Of a stretch of 64,000 nucleotides of DNA, positions 1 through 13,620 are shown one piece after another. The notes below the pieces were generated by a model. It saw only the letters and a program-made list of their open reading frames with translations, made no database searches and had not been told where the DNA came from. The DNA is from Octopus sinensis (taxonomy: Eukaryota), in contig NC_042998.1 in NCBI RefSeq assembly GCF_006345805.1, positions 131,254,001 to 131,318,000 of the forward strand. Reading direction: 5' to 3'. Numbering within the stretch: position 1 is the first letter of the stretch; each line of letters opens with the position of its first letter. A program made the position numbers and the translations under genes.

Positions 1-318
1 TTGTAATTTTCCTTTTTGGTGAAACATTGTAAACTGCTATTGATATTAATTTTATACATATCATTGCTATTATGTAAAAGTGTCGTAAGTCCAAACGGTT
101 GCGTTTTCAGAAAAAGAAAAAATAGTTTCAACATTCCATAGCAAAACCTTTGCATTACACTTTGACAATTTTTCATAACTTTGCATCTGAAGAAGCTGGA
201 GATACGAGAGTTTAACCCAAAGAACCGTCTATTACAAGCAACAATAAATATTGAAGAAAACGCATTTGGACATACGACAGCTTAACATAATAGCAACAAT
301 AATATACATAATACATAC

Positions 319-392
<74 letters not shown>

Positions 393-404
393 ATATATAC
401 ACAC

Positions 405-510
405 AAAAGTATCGCAGGCAGTTAGGAACCCAGAGGACATCATAAAACTGCAGAAAGACCTGAATAAAATCTACAAATGGGCTAACAAAAATAACATGCA
501 GTTCAATTCT
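405..510 (+). mobile_element. Internal fragment of CR1/L2-group LINE reverse transcriptase
   Basis: Translates TKVSQAVRNPEDIIKLQKDLNKIYKWANKNNMQFN, matching the (DD)TK...LQxDLxxIxxWAxxNxMxFN stretch that follows the YADD motif in CR1/L2-group RTs. Confidence 0.8.
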
Positions 511-537
511 ATATACACACAAAATTATTCTTTTACT

Positions 538-640
538 AGTTTAGTCATTTGACTGCGGCCATGCTGCAGCGCCGAAATGTTTTATAACTTACTTGTTTCG
601 GTCATTAGACTGCGGCCATACTGGGGCACGGCATTGAGAA
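538..640 (-). mobile_element. Two SINE 3'-tail fragments (tail type A, ggtgccccagcatggccgcagtc...gaaac)
   Basis: Plus strand reads ttagtcatttgactgcggccatgctg and ttgtttcggtcattagactgcggccatactggggcac; repeated near 1310-1395. Confidence 0.7.
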
Positions 641-827
641 GTATTTGGTCTTTATTTTTTTATTTTTGCATGTCGAATGAAACGAGCACCGGTAATGATT
701 TTTTAAGCCTGGTACTTATTCTCTCGATCGAGTTTTTGCTGAACCTCTAAGCAAGCACCGGTGGAGAACAAAGAGGGAAACAAACACATACACGTATACG
801 CGCACACACACATACACACACTGATTC

Positions 828-902
<75 letters not shown>

Positions 903-1129
903 ATAGATAGACAGATAGACAGATAGATAGATAAATACCTACATACTAACAAGGATATAGTCTGCTCGAGGTGCCAGATAGAACTGGAAAAAACAATTTA
1001 GTGCTTTCTTCGGAAAAAAGGAGCTTTCCTTAGTAGTCGCTCAATTCTCTAAATTCACATATGGTCCTAGCCATTTTATGTATACATGCAGACAGACAGA
1101 TATATACACACAATCATACATACACACTC

Positions 1130-1167
<38 letters not shown>

Positions 1168-1168
<1 letters not shown>

Positions 1169-1272
1169 AAAGTATCGCAGGCAGTTAGGAACCCAGAGGA
1201 CATCATAAAACTGCAGAAAGACCTGAATAAAATCTACAAATGGGCTAACAAAAATAACATGCAGTTCAATTC
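1168..1272 (+). mobile_element. Second copy of the LINE RT fragment (in the tandem duplicate)
   Basis: Same sequence as 405-510; included in ORF 1061..1315. Confidence 0.8.
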
Positions 1273-1587
1273 TATATACACACAAAATTATTCTTTTACT
1301 AGTTTAGTCATTTGACTGCGGCCATGCTGCAGCGCGAAATGTTTTATAACTTACTTGTTTCGGTCATTAGACTGCGGCCATACTGGGGCACGGCATTGAG
1401 AAGTATTGGTCTTTATTTTTTTATTTTTGCATGTCGAATGAAACGAGCACCGGTAATGATTTTTTAAGCCTGGTACTTATTCTCTCGATCGAGTTTTTGC
1501 TGAACCTCTAAGCAAGCACCGGTGGAGAACAAGAGGGAAACAAACACATACACGTATACGCGCACACACACATACACACACTGATTC

Positions 1588-1668
<81 letters not shown>

Positions 1669-1885
1669 CAGATAGACAGATAGATAGATAAATACCTACA
1701 TACTAACAAGGCTATAGTCTGCTCGAGGTGCCAGATAGAAACTGGAAAAAATTATGTTGCTTTCTTCGGAAAAAGGAGCTTTCCTTAGTAGTCGCTCAAT
1801 TCTCTAAATTCACATATGGTCCTAGCCATTTATATGTATACATGCAGACAGACAGATATATACACACAATCATACATACACACTC

Positions 1886-1928
<43 letters not shown>

Positions 1929-1932
1929 ATGC

Positions 1933-1964
<32 letters not shown>

Positions 1965-2041
1965 TATATATATACCGGAGTAAACACATAAATGTGAAAC
2001 AAGGTGGTAAAAAGAGTACTCAAATACCAGTGGTAGAGTAA

Positions 2042-2206
2042 TATGCTTTATTTAAGCAGCAGAAAATTCAACAAAATCTGTTACTCTGAGTTCTCGTTGC
2101 CGTTCATCAGACAGTTTTTGCTAGAATCTAGCAAAAACTGTCTGATGAACGGCAACGAGAAATCAGAGTAACAGATTTTGTTGAATTTTCTGCTGTTAAA
2201 ATAAAG

Positions 2207-2210
<4 letters not shown>
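2042..2210. repeat. Fold-back inverted repeat, 68-bp arms (2057-2124 / 2128-2195), 3-nt loop; Penelope-type terminal sequence
   Basis: Arms are reverse complements with a single mismatch (2090 vs 2162); each arm contains CTGATGA...GAA. Confidence 0.95.
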
Positions 2211-2241
<31 letters not shown>

Positions 2242-2257
2242 TACATATATATTATAC

Positions 2258-2297
<40 letters not shown>

Positions 2298-2992
2298 TTA
2301 GATAGATAGATAGATAGATAGATGCATACATACATACATACATACATACATACATACATACATACATACATACATACATACATACATACATACATACATA
2401 CATACATACATTGCGAAAACCTAGGACGAAAAGTTCGGCTATTAGAATGAGAGAAAAAATGGTGGACAGGAAAAGGACGACGGAACAAGAAAAGAGTAGA
2501 GAAATAAAAGTTAGAAAATGTTGGAAGGGGATATCAGGTAGCAAGCTGTTCGTCCATTAAGTCGGCAGAAATGCAGTGTGTTTGGTTTGACACCTTAACA
2601 TCCATACAACAACAGGCGGTTATGTTCTTACATCATCCTACCTATTTACGAATATTACCTAGACCCTTTGCATAATGCTGTAAGTACTCTTCTGTGGTAG
2701 GGTGAGGTGCGCTATGATATGTAAGAGGCAATGTTGTAGTTAGTAAGAGAATATAATGACGGGATAAAAATTTTCTGACATGGAGGACATTAGTAGTGAG
2801 GGAAAGCTATATGTGCCAGGGTACTGGCAAAGAAAACGATAGGAGCGTACACACACACAACACACAAACACGCACGCATACGTACATACACACATGCATG
2901 CACACGCACACAACCGCACGCGCCTACACACACACATACGTACATAGACACAAGTATATGTTTACACATATCTGTACATATATGCACGTATA

Positions 2993-3070
<78 letters not shown>

Positions 3071-3131
3071 TATGTATATATATATTATATACATACATAT
3101 ATATATATACATATATTACATATATATATAC

Positions 3132-3162
<31 letters not shown>

Positions 3163-3194
3163 CATATATATTACATATATATACATATATATAC

Positions 3195-3225
<31 letters not shown>

Positions 3226-3271
3226 CGTATGTATATATACATACATATATATATATATAATATATATATAC

Positions 3272-3317
<46 letters not shown>

Positions 3318-3744
3318 TATATATATTATATATATGCATATACATAAGCAGGCAAAATGCAAAATGTCAGAATGGAAGAAAGAGGAAGATATACAAAAAC
3401 ATCGGAAACTAGGTGCGTGTACGTAGGTACAGAGGAGTGCATAAAAATTTAAATACAATGAGTGCGTGCGCGTGTATACAAGTGTGAAGGAAGGAGAAAG
3501 AACTATGTGCATAGGATTATATATATTCATATATGTACACACACGCGCGCACACAAACACACACACAAACACAAATAGAAACACATATACACGCACTTTA
3601 TTTCGCGCGCGCACGCACACACACGCACGCACACATATACATATGTATATTTATATAAGAAAGCCTCAAACAAGGCGAGAAGCCACTTAGTGTAAGGGAG
3701 CATAAAGAAGGAGAAATTAAGGCGAATGGAATAAATTTACTTGA

Positions 3745-4690
3745 AAGAGGTTCAGGTGAAAAGAAGGAGGAAAACAATGAGATGGAAGAGAGTTCTAAAG
3801 TCTGATAGTTCGAATGGAAATCTACGACCGTAGGAAAACTTCTTTATTCGTGAAAAACAACAACATTTCGATGAAGACGTTGTGAGCTTCGAATCAGGAG
3901 AGATGTCACACGGAGGAGATCTGAAACAAAGAAATAAGTTCGTCTGAACACTTCCTGTGGTAATAACGATAAAAAAAATGACTAAGACTGGCAACTTCAC
4001 GTCGAAGTGACAAGGGCTGCAGAGTTGAAGCAAAAGAGGGGACAACCAATTTAGAGACTCATTTCTGAACTCCAAAGAGATCGAAGTGACAGGATAGTGC
4101 AGCTGCCCAAACATAACAACAGTATACCATACAAGGACGAATTGCGGGCGTGTAAAGATACATAATAGCCTCGAGTGTGAGCTAGTCCTTTGGTATACAA
4201 TGACTCCACATTACTGGAAAGCAGACCTACAAATTGATTGTATGTGGGAATCCGAATAAGATCGAGTGAGAAATTAAGACCAAGCTATTTCAAAGAAATC
4301 CTTTCTTCTCATAGTTGACTGTCTCACCATGTGATAGTTCAGGTCTGTAGCTCATGCAAATGGGAGCAAGATAGGGATCCCGCTTCCTACTGAAAGACAT
4401 GATTGGGTCTTGCTAAGGTTGAAAGTTGCTAGCAATTTCTTATCCTATTTCTTAACAGCTGGCTGCTAGCAGCAAATTACAACTGCTTCAAGGGAGGTAG
4501 ATTTCCAGCAAAACCAAAATAAAGAGTAGTATCATCAGCTTAAATATTGATGAATTGAAAAACATTGGCAGGAAGATCGGTGATGTAGAGGAGAAACAGA
4601 GTTCGACAAAGAATATAACCTTGAGGATTAGAGAATAATCAGATCTAACACCTTCCAGAGTCATATGCACTGTCCAGTGTAACGAGATTA
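3745..4690 (-). mobile_element. Degraded CR1/L2/Jockey-group LINE ORF2 3' portion
   Basis: Minus strand gives PQGYILCRTLFLLYITDLP and I*ADDTTL (RT motifs 4 and 5) near 4520-4630, and AIRPCMVYCCYVW further 3'. Many stops and frameshifts. Confidence 0.7.
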
Positions 4691-5175
4691 ATTCCAAATA
4701 CTTTAGTTTAACATTAACATCATTTGGAGTCGGTTTTGTAATTCTTTAGTAGTTATAAGTTGAGATGTCTGTAAAGCTTATGCATATTATATCACTTTTG
4801 CATTATCTAGCATGCGAAAATGTAACTTATAAATTGCAAATGCAAAATATTGAGTACTTGCATACAATACTTAAATATTTATCCTAGCGTCTTAATTCAC
4901 ATATGACGCCACCTTGTTTCCTTGACCTATTAGAAATTGCTAATTCTGTCCTTAAATTCTTCTCTTACCAAATTCAAAAAGAAGAACACCCGATAGACTA
5001 TCCAAGAGAATAGTATTTTTCACAAAACTATACCGATTGGTTACACATGAAATACTATTGGATATGAATTTCTAGACTCATTCAAAATTAACTTCGAAAT
5101 AGACAACTCCAACAACAGCAATAAATTATTTCAATTTATTATTATATTTTGCTTCTACATTTTCAAAGTAGTATT

Positions 5176-5386
5176 GGTCTCAAATTTTGGCACAAAGCCA
5201 GCAATTTTAGGGGTGATGGTAAACCGATTACATCATCCAGAATGTTTAAGTGGTTCTTATTTTGTTGATCCCAAAGGATGAAAGACATAGCCGGTTTCGG
5301 CAGCATTTCAACCCAGAACGTAAAGATGAATGAAATACCGCTAAGCCTTTTGTCCGGTGAGTTAATAATTCTTCCAGCTCACAGCC
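5176..5386 (-). mobile_element. tRNA-derived SINE, family 1, tail type C (ggc-ttgtgccaaaat)
   Basis: Diverged match to the family-1 body seen at 23826-24051 and 50725-50936 (gatccc-aaaggatgaaag...cggcagcattt-aacccagaacgtaaag...gaaataccgctaagc). Confidence 0.75.
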
Positions 5387-5407
5387 TTAATTTGAAAGTA
5401 ATAATCA

Positions 5408-5595
5408 TTTCTACTAAAGGCACAAAGCCTGAAATTTTCGGGTAGGTGATAGTCGATTACATTCACCCCTGTGCTATACTGGTACTTATTTCATCGACCC
5501 CGATAAGATTAAAAGCGAAGTCAGCCTCGGCAGCATTTGAACCCAGAGGAAATGCCGCTAAGCATTTTGTCCGGTGATTCTACCAACTCGCCGCC
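5408..5595 (-). mobile_element. tRNA-derived SINE, family 1, tail type D (ggc-ttgtgcctttagtagaaa)
   Basis: Contains ctggtacttatttcatcgacccc...gcatttgaacccag...gccgctaagcattttgtccgg...ctcgccgcc. Confidence 0.75.
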
Positions 5596-5979
5596 TGAAT
5601 TTGTGAATAGAAATGATCAATACGATTTGTTGATTCAATGAGAAATTATGAGCCTTAAATTAAAGTATAACATAGGAACAGTGCCTCGTATTTTTATTTC
5701 GGTCGAGTAAGTTTCTTTTATTCTGAGATTTAACCTGTAGATACACAGGAAATTCAAGCAAGTTATGACTGGAAATAGATTGGCTTTGCACATTTATATA
5801 AAGTATTTGTAGCCATAGCGGTGATGGTGGAGAGAAAGCCAGATAAAAAAAGGATAACAGGGAGAAAACGGAGGGTGGGTGGAGAAAGAGAGAAGTAAGA
5901 GAAAAAAGATTAAGAAAAGTGAGTAGCAGAAATAAAATTGAAATAAAAAGGGAAGAATTAATGGACAAAAGGAGGAAAA

Positions 5980-6018
<39 letters not shown>

Positions 6019-6176
6019 CATTATTATTACTGTTGTTATTATTATTATTATTATTATTGTTGTTGTTGTTATTATTATTTTGTTTCCCATTCTTGCCGAG
6101 TGTCTTCTCGACACCTAGGGAAAGGAAACTCACTGTATACATTAGTAGGCTATTAAAATAAACTATATTATATAGA

Positions 6177-6248
6177 AGGCGACGAGATAGCAGAATCCTT
6201 AGCACGCCCGGCAAAATGTTTAGTGGCATTTCGTGTCTTTAGGTTAAA
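6177..6248 (+). mobile_element. SINE family 1 head fragment
   Basis: ggcgacgagatagcagaatccttagcacgcccggcaaaatgtttagtggcatttcg matches the head of the full copies. Confidence 0.6.
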
Positions 6249-9231
6249 TCAGTGTTTCTCAAAGGATGGGGGGGGGGGCTCTATGGCACAGTCGGGCAAG
6301 TTGTTTTGAGAAAATTTGGTTTAAATGTTTGACAACTCAGCACCGTCCATTGGACGGGGGACGTTTTGCTCGTATATATACATATACATACATACATACA
6401 TACATACATACATACATCATACATACATACATACATACATACATACATACATACATACGTACGTACGTACGTACATATATATATATATATATTGTATTTT
6501 TAGCACTGTCATTATTTCACGTATATTATATTTATAAATTTATATTGTATCGATTCAGTAGAGACGAAAGACAAGGTGGGTTCGAAAACAGAGAAGAACA
6601 GTAATTCAATTCCGTGTGATATTTGTCCGATGCTCTACCAATTACAATACCCCTTAATAAATAACTTAATGAATATATTGAGTAGGGGTGTAATTCATTA
6701 CATTGATCTCGTAATTGACCTGTACTTTATCAATCTCACAAAAATGTAAAGTTTGACTTCAATAGAATTGGAACTACGTATACATGAACACTAGCGGATT
6801 AATACCTAATTACTGCTAAATAGTTTGTTGCTCTACTAATTTTGCCAGTCTTGCTTAATATGTAATATTAACTCATACGGACAGGAAGTATTTATATAAA
6901 GTTAATATATGGATATTAAATTATATTAAAATTAAATTAAATTTGATATAAAATTTCATCAAAACTAATTGTTAGGTAATTGGGTATAATTATAAAAATA
7001 ATTAGAAAATATGATATCACAATATTGATTTGTACATGCTCCAATCTATTGACTTTTTAAAGTTAATTGTCTTTTAGAAAACTGAGACAAGAGCAGTGTA
7101 AAAAAATTGTATTGAATTAATTGTGAATGACTTTAAGCAACCTTTTATCAGCTTATTACTACATTCAACAAACCAAGAAAAAATTTTCCACAAGCCTTCA
7201 CAAATACATTTGGTTTTTAAAAGGAGCAGCATTGGATCTATTTAAAATTCAGAATTCATTTCTGGGTCACGCTATCACATATATATCAATTGCAATTTTT
7301 CGTTCAAAATTAAGTTGCAAAAATTCATGCAACAACCATTTATATCATTTAAAGCCATGAATGTTTTAAACGAACGATCAAAGATGTTAAGCACATTTAG
7401 ACAATCCATGAATTTGCAATTATGTACTCCAAATGAGTGACTCAGGTAAAAATATATACTACATTGTGTTGTTCAATATTCAGAAAATTAAAAATGATAT
7501 GGTAGTTATCAACTTCGAGTTATAACTTTATCTCCTTTGCAACGTTACACTTTGCAGACATGAAAAGTTTTTTTCTTAATTTTTATTACGATTTCGCCTA
7601 ACTACTTATATTTTTACGAAGTCGTTTTTTGTGTTCTTATGTCTCATCGTTTTACACAACTCATCACTAATCTTCTGACTTTAACCCTCTTTCTCCTTTT
7701 GCATTGACAGTTATATATATATATATATATATACACAGAAATATGCTCAGAGAAATCACTCAAAATGTCAGACAAATACAATTATATCAAATACTATGCA
7801 AGATAAATTTTTTATTTATTAAAATGTTCTCCGACTTTAAACGATTTATCTAAATTACTAACTCGCAATGAAGACCAGCTCCACTTAAGAAGGGGAGATA
7901 ATCTCAAATTTCAATAATTCTCCAGAGTTGTCATGACATTATGAGAAGATAAGACATGCTTATTGTCCAGAGTTAAGACACACACATGCACGCACCCATG
8001 CAAGCCCACGCACATATATATATATACACATAGATATTCATACACACACATATATTTATATACATACATAGGTGCGTGTATATAAAAATTTCATTATCTC
8101 GTTATGACGTTCATCATAATATTCTAACATTTTCATTATGTTTATTTTACACCAAATGTCATTGCTTCATTTTTGATAAACAACTTTGGAAAGCTAAGGA
8201 ATGACTCGGATTAATGATTTTAAATGTTTAGAGAAGTAGAAAGCAGAAGAGAATGACACAGAGAAAATATGAAGAGAGAGAAGGGGAGAGAAATAGAGAG
8301 AGAGGAGAGCGAGAGAGGGAGAGAGAGCAGAAGAGCAAAGGAGAAAACAGAATGTTGATGAGGCTGATGGAAAAAGGAGAGAGCAAAAGGTGAAAAACGG
8401 TTGGGAACTGGTGATGAAATAGCAAGTGAGAGGGAGATGGAGAGAGAGAGATAGCAGAAAATATCAAGAAAGAGAAATGATGAAGATGAAGAGAGAGAAA
8501 GGGAGGGGAAGAGAGGAAGCGTGGAGAGATTGTTTGGAGACGAAGAGAAAAGCCAATAGAACGATATCTCTGCTAGGCAAGAGAAATAGTACAAAGAAAG
8601 AGAGAAAGTGATAAAGAAGTATAGTGGTACATATAGAATAAGAGAAAGTGATAGTAAAGAGAGAGATAGATGTGGTAGAGAATTACAAATAACTTACATA
8701 TTTTCCGTCCCGGAAACAGACTCTATTAATTACTCAACTCTAAGCTATATCCACATCGCATTAATTGAGTGGGTTATAATTTGTCACATTATATTGTTTA
8801 CATTAATCTGAAATATATTACCACTTTCCCCACTTTCTCATATATCAATCTATATATAAATTTTTTTGTAGTATATTAATATATTTTCATGTTTTGTTTT
8901 ATTTCTTTTCATTTTTTTAACATTTTGTTGTTGTTGTTGTTGTTACAGTAATCGACATCATAATCGTCACGAATAATTTTAGAGTTGCTGATGTTGTTGT
9001 TGCTACTGTTGCTGCTACTACTACTACTAACTACTACTACTACTACTACTACTACTATTGCTACTATTATTGCTCCTGCTGCTACTAGTTATGTGAATTG
9101 TTTCTTTGAATTGCCATTTCCGTTCAGTGAAGTAATTTTATTTACTACATTAGGTAAATATCAAATTGAGAAAATGCGCGTGCATGTATGTATGTGTGTG
9201 TATATGTATGTGTGTGCGTATGTATACATAC

Positions 9232-9305
<74 letters not shown>

Positions 9306-9712
9306 AATGCATATGCGCGTACACATACACACACGTGTACAGTACTGCAGAATATAGTTTAACTGCTTATAATGACAAGGTGTTTACATATATCTATCAT
9401 GTACAGAGTTAGATAAAGTTTATGGATATATGTAGATAGGTAGTATGATACTACATAGTACTAAAACGAAAGATTATTAATAACCTAGGAATTTATTAAT
9501 CGAATTTGCTACCAATAATGCGTTATATGTGCAAATCAATCTCTGTGATATACTGAGGAGGAATTCCCTGTGGGCCTTCACGATGTGGATGAAACTCTAC
9601 AAATGCAGGGAAGTCAGATGGTCCTAGTTTGAAAAAGATTAGAGTTTTTTAGTTCTTTAAAATTAATAAATATCTGTCCTGAAAAGGGCTTAAAGCTTCT
9701 AGAGTGTACCTA

Positions 9713-10290
9713 TACGAAGCTTATTGAAAAAAGTATCCGACTTTATTTTTCCCGTCAAAGCTAATGCCGCAGGGATAGAACCCTTTTGATGGGAGGTGAC
9801 GTCACCCTTCCTGCACATGTGCAAAGCTTGTTTCGCCGGTAGGGCGTGTCAGCTCCCGGCTCTTACAACTAGAGTACAGACGCGTTATGCCCGCTCGAAA
9901 ACATCGAACAGAGATCATAAACCCATATCTCATCACAAGTGATGATGGTCTTCATGAAGTTTGGGCCGTAGTTTGCACTGTTTAGCATGTTTTGAGCGAT
10001 TTCAGGCGAAGTTGCTTCGCTTTGGAAGGAAATTTGCCAACACTCCCCGCATTCACAAATCAACAGTTAAGATAGAAAACATTGATCCTATGGTTATTCC
10101 CACAGTGCGAGCAACTTCTTGGTTTGTTACACGACGGTCTTCCATAACTATTCACCGAATCTTCTTAATCATCTCCTTGTTTGGGATTTTGAATGGCCTG
10201 CCTGAGCGTACCTCGCTCTCCACTGAGGTTCAGTCTTGTCTGAAGCGGCTGAATAACTCCTTCATGTGAGGTTTGCGCATGACATCAATG
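9713..10290. mobile_element. Rearranged mariner remnant: 5' end on + strand, transposase segment inverted on - strand
   Basis: TA + cgaagcttattgaaaaaagtatccgacttt terminal repeat-like end at 9713. Minus strand 10290-9915 encodes ELFSRFRQD*TSVESEVRSGRP (HTH region) through FMKTIITCDEIWVYD (first catalytic D, ITGDETWV motif). Confidence 0.8.
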
Positions 10291-10299
10291 TTTTCATAA

Positions 10300-10352
<53 letters not shown>

Positions 10353-10539
10353 GTGCATGTGTGTTTATCTGTGTATGTCTGTGCGTTAGCCATTAGTTGT
10401 TCATACGTCAGGAAATATTCCCCACTAAAAGAGAAACAGAATGGTTATAATTTTATATTCTAGAGCTATACATACTTCGTTATAAAATATAACCGGTCAG
10501 TTGCCGATGCTTTTGCGCGGACTACTGCACTTTGCCTCT

Positions 10540-11083
10540 TTTTGATCCACGACTGCAGTTTGGTCATGGAGACGAGCTGCGGGAACGCGTGCCTCACAAA
10601 CGGCGACCACACATGTTCACCGTCGTCTACATAGAGCCGGAGATGTCGCAGTCTCAGCGCGTGTCTGCGCATCATCTACCACGGCATGCCCAGCCCTCCT
10701 TTTAACGGGTGTTGACAGCAAATGGATCGCCTGACCATCGGAACGCAACCTTTCCACAAGAAGCGGAAGAGAATGCATTCTAATTTGGTGATGGTAGGGT
10801 CGGGACAAGGTACGATGGTCAGGCGGTAGTAGATGATGGACTCGATGTACGTGTTCGCCACCTCCGCCCGACCTTTTAGGGACAGTTTCCTCTCGGTCCA
10901 TTGCCGGGAGAGAGTGACCACCCTACTCATTATCTCGTTCCACTTCTTCTCCATTTGGAGGTCCGGACCGAACCAGACCCCGAGCAACTCAACCGGGCCG
11001 TCCGTCCAGCATCCCACGGCGGAGGTACTGGTGGGCGGCATGGGCTTGCTTCTCCAGGTGCCGAGCCGCAAGCCCACTAACTT
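10540..11083 (-). mobile_element. Tx1/L1-clade LINE internal fragment (post-RT region)
   Basis: About 90% similar by eye to 18725-19275; translates [52 protein letters not shown]...KGGLGMPW*. Confidence 0.9.
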
Positions 11084-11284
<201 letters not shown>

Positions 11285-11738
11285 CACATGCATATACGCA
11301 CACAGACACCCTTTATACATATGCATAACATTAACACTAGCCATTTAAATACATATATATGATTCTTTATATACATAAATTATGTGTGCGTATCTGCGCA
11401 CGTGTCCGCCTCTGCATTCACCATTGTAATATAATATTTGAAGCTGTGATTTAAACAATGTGAAATTTCGCTGACCCAACGGTTCAACTTAGAGATTATC
11501 TTATTGTTTTAGACCATTTACATAGCGTACACAGGTGAAAGGTGATGTATTATGTATAGAAAATACCACGGAAGTTTGAGTAATGTTTCTAAAGAGTGAA
11601 AGAGTCAGACATAGAAATAGTTTGCGTCATATAAGCTTTGATGTGGTCTGTGTTTGTATGAGATTCAGTGCGCTTTTGTGCGTTCTTACATTTCTGTACT
11701 TAGATATACGTATTTATGCATAATAGGCTGGCAAGGCA

Positions 11739-11801
<63 letters not shown>

Positions 11802-12892
11802 ATAAGTATTTAAATATACGTGTGTATATATATAATATATATATAATTATATATATATGTGTGTATGTATGCATGGATGGATGGATGGATGTATCTATAT
11901 ATGATCTTTGAGTTATACATACGTTTGTGCACACATTCACATAGACATAAACACGTAAATGCTTACATATGTATTCACACATATCTTCATGAATGTGTGT
12001 GTGTATGTTCGTGTGTGTGTGTGTTATGCGTGCGTACGTGTGCGCGCGTATGTCTGTGTATTTGTGTTTCCTGACTTCAGCTTGAATTTAACTCTGAGAA
12101 TAGTTTGAATTCTCTAACTTTGAAAACATCCGAGAAAACAAACTTGTTGAACTTATTACACTATTGCCAGAAATAGTAGTTAAACTTTCCTCAAATCTGT
12201 TTCCTCACACAGCGTTTTCAACAACGTTGAATATATAGCGTAATGTTGTCTTAGATAAATATAAAATTGATTAATATCCATTGTTTTGTGGTTCGACCGT
12301 TAAGTAAAGTTAAGTAAAACAATAATCGTGCTGTCGAATGATGGAGCTGTAACTAACGCGGCCTGTGCTTTCTTCAACATAGCTTCAATGTACAATCTGT
12401 ATTTCAATTTGCTTTGCTATTTCTGACTGATGTTAATAACATATACTGAAACCTTGATGTTCAGCCTTGACAATTTTTTACTACGCCACATATTATGAAG
12501 AGAATTGGCAATGAGGGAACCTTTTTTGTCGCTGGATCTGCTTGAAGTAACAATTAATATCTATGAATGCCCAAGTCGAAACAGGAAATACATGTATTGT
12601 TCATTACTGGAATGCCTGTGGGCATAGATTTGTTCAATTAGGGTTTTTTCTCAGGCTATGCAACAAAATCATTAGGAAAGTATGACTTCGTGGGTGGCCC
12701 CTTATTTCAAAAGTAAAATGTAAATTCCTTCCAAAGACTCGATGTATGAGTTATCGTTCCGATTTTAAGAACATGTGAGTGAAATATTCTGTATATTAAC
12801 TGATCTACGGGTCTGTTAGCAGGTATCTGCGGCATGTCGTTGGGATAATGGATACATGATAACACAATCGATTTCACTACTTTCAATGAGTA

Positions 12893-13025
12893 TATATCAG
12901 CCGAAATTGCAAGGATGATCCGGTTCTTGACTGAAGAATGAAGGCTTCGAATGTCCCGTCCGTGTTTTTTGTATCGTCTTCTAAATGTTTTGCGTTCTTG
13001 TCCCAGTTTGTATTTTTTACATATA
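12893..13025. mobile_element. Dispersed repeat family P (probable Penelope-like terminal repeat)
   Basis: agccgaaattgcaaggatgatccggttcttgactgaaga...cgaatgtcccgtcc recurs at 14442-14620 and, inverted, at 60341-60665 and 61081-61455. The Penelope assignment is inferred. Confidence 0.55.
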
Positions 13026-13050
13026 CATATTTATATATGTATATATATAT

Positions 13051-13101
<51 letters not shown>

Positions 13102-13620
13102 TAATATCTAACAATTGAGGATAAAATCTTTAAAAGAAATTATCAGTAGTCAGCGTGAAAAAACTCGTAAGAGAAAAATCCGTAAATTCTTCCTCTTTGA
13201 AAATATTCATTTATATTATATTGAGGTACTACTATTCGTAGATACCAACACGCTAAGAGGGACCAATGCGGTCAAAACTACTAAAAATAAACAAAATTTT
13301 ACCGAATGCAAAACTTCAAAACACATCATTTTAAAAAAGAATTCAGTTACATATCACAGTGATTTCGCATTTAATGCAGAATATGCATTTCATGTCATCA
13401 GTGCAACAAACTCAAGAAAAATAAGAGAAAAGAAAACATAACATTACAAGCTCGATAGCCAACCGTAGAATTCGTCGTAGCATGTACGAATGTTTATCTT
13501 TACATATCTATGAAAATGGCGGGCTTATTCGCAATGCATTTCGATAACAAATTGTTAGTCGGAAAAAAATTCAGTATTGAACTATTCCGTGTGAAAAATA
13601 TAAATTAACAATTGAGGATA

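Larger units (their letters stand above)
401..1890. repeat. Tandem duplication, 2 units of about 760 bp (401-1140 and 1164-1890)
   Basis: Both units carry the same LINE RT fragment, SINE-tail pieces, (GATA)n tract and unique flank. Offset is 763 bp at the start and 756 bp at the end. Differences are mostly 1-nt indels and GATA copy number. Confidence 0.95.

Noticed and set aside
6250-6365. hAT/Charlie-like terminus cagtgtttctcaa interrupting a SINE head
   Set aside because: No matching second terminus or 8-bp TSD was found.
12925-12965. Hammerhead in repeat family P (ctgaaga/ctgatga ... cgaa ... gtc)
   Set aside because: Core-like words are present, but GAAA is incomplete and I could not find stem I or stem III pairing in any of the four copies.
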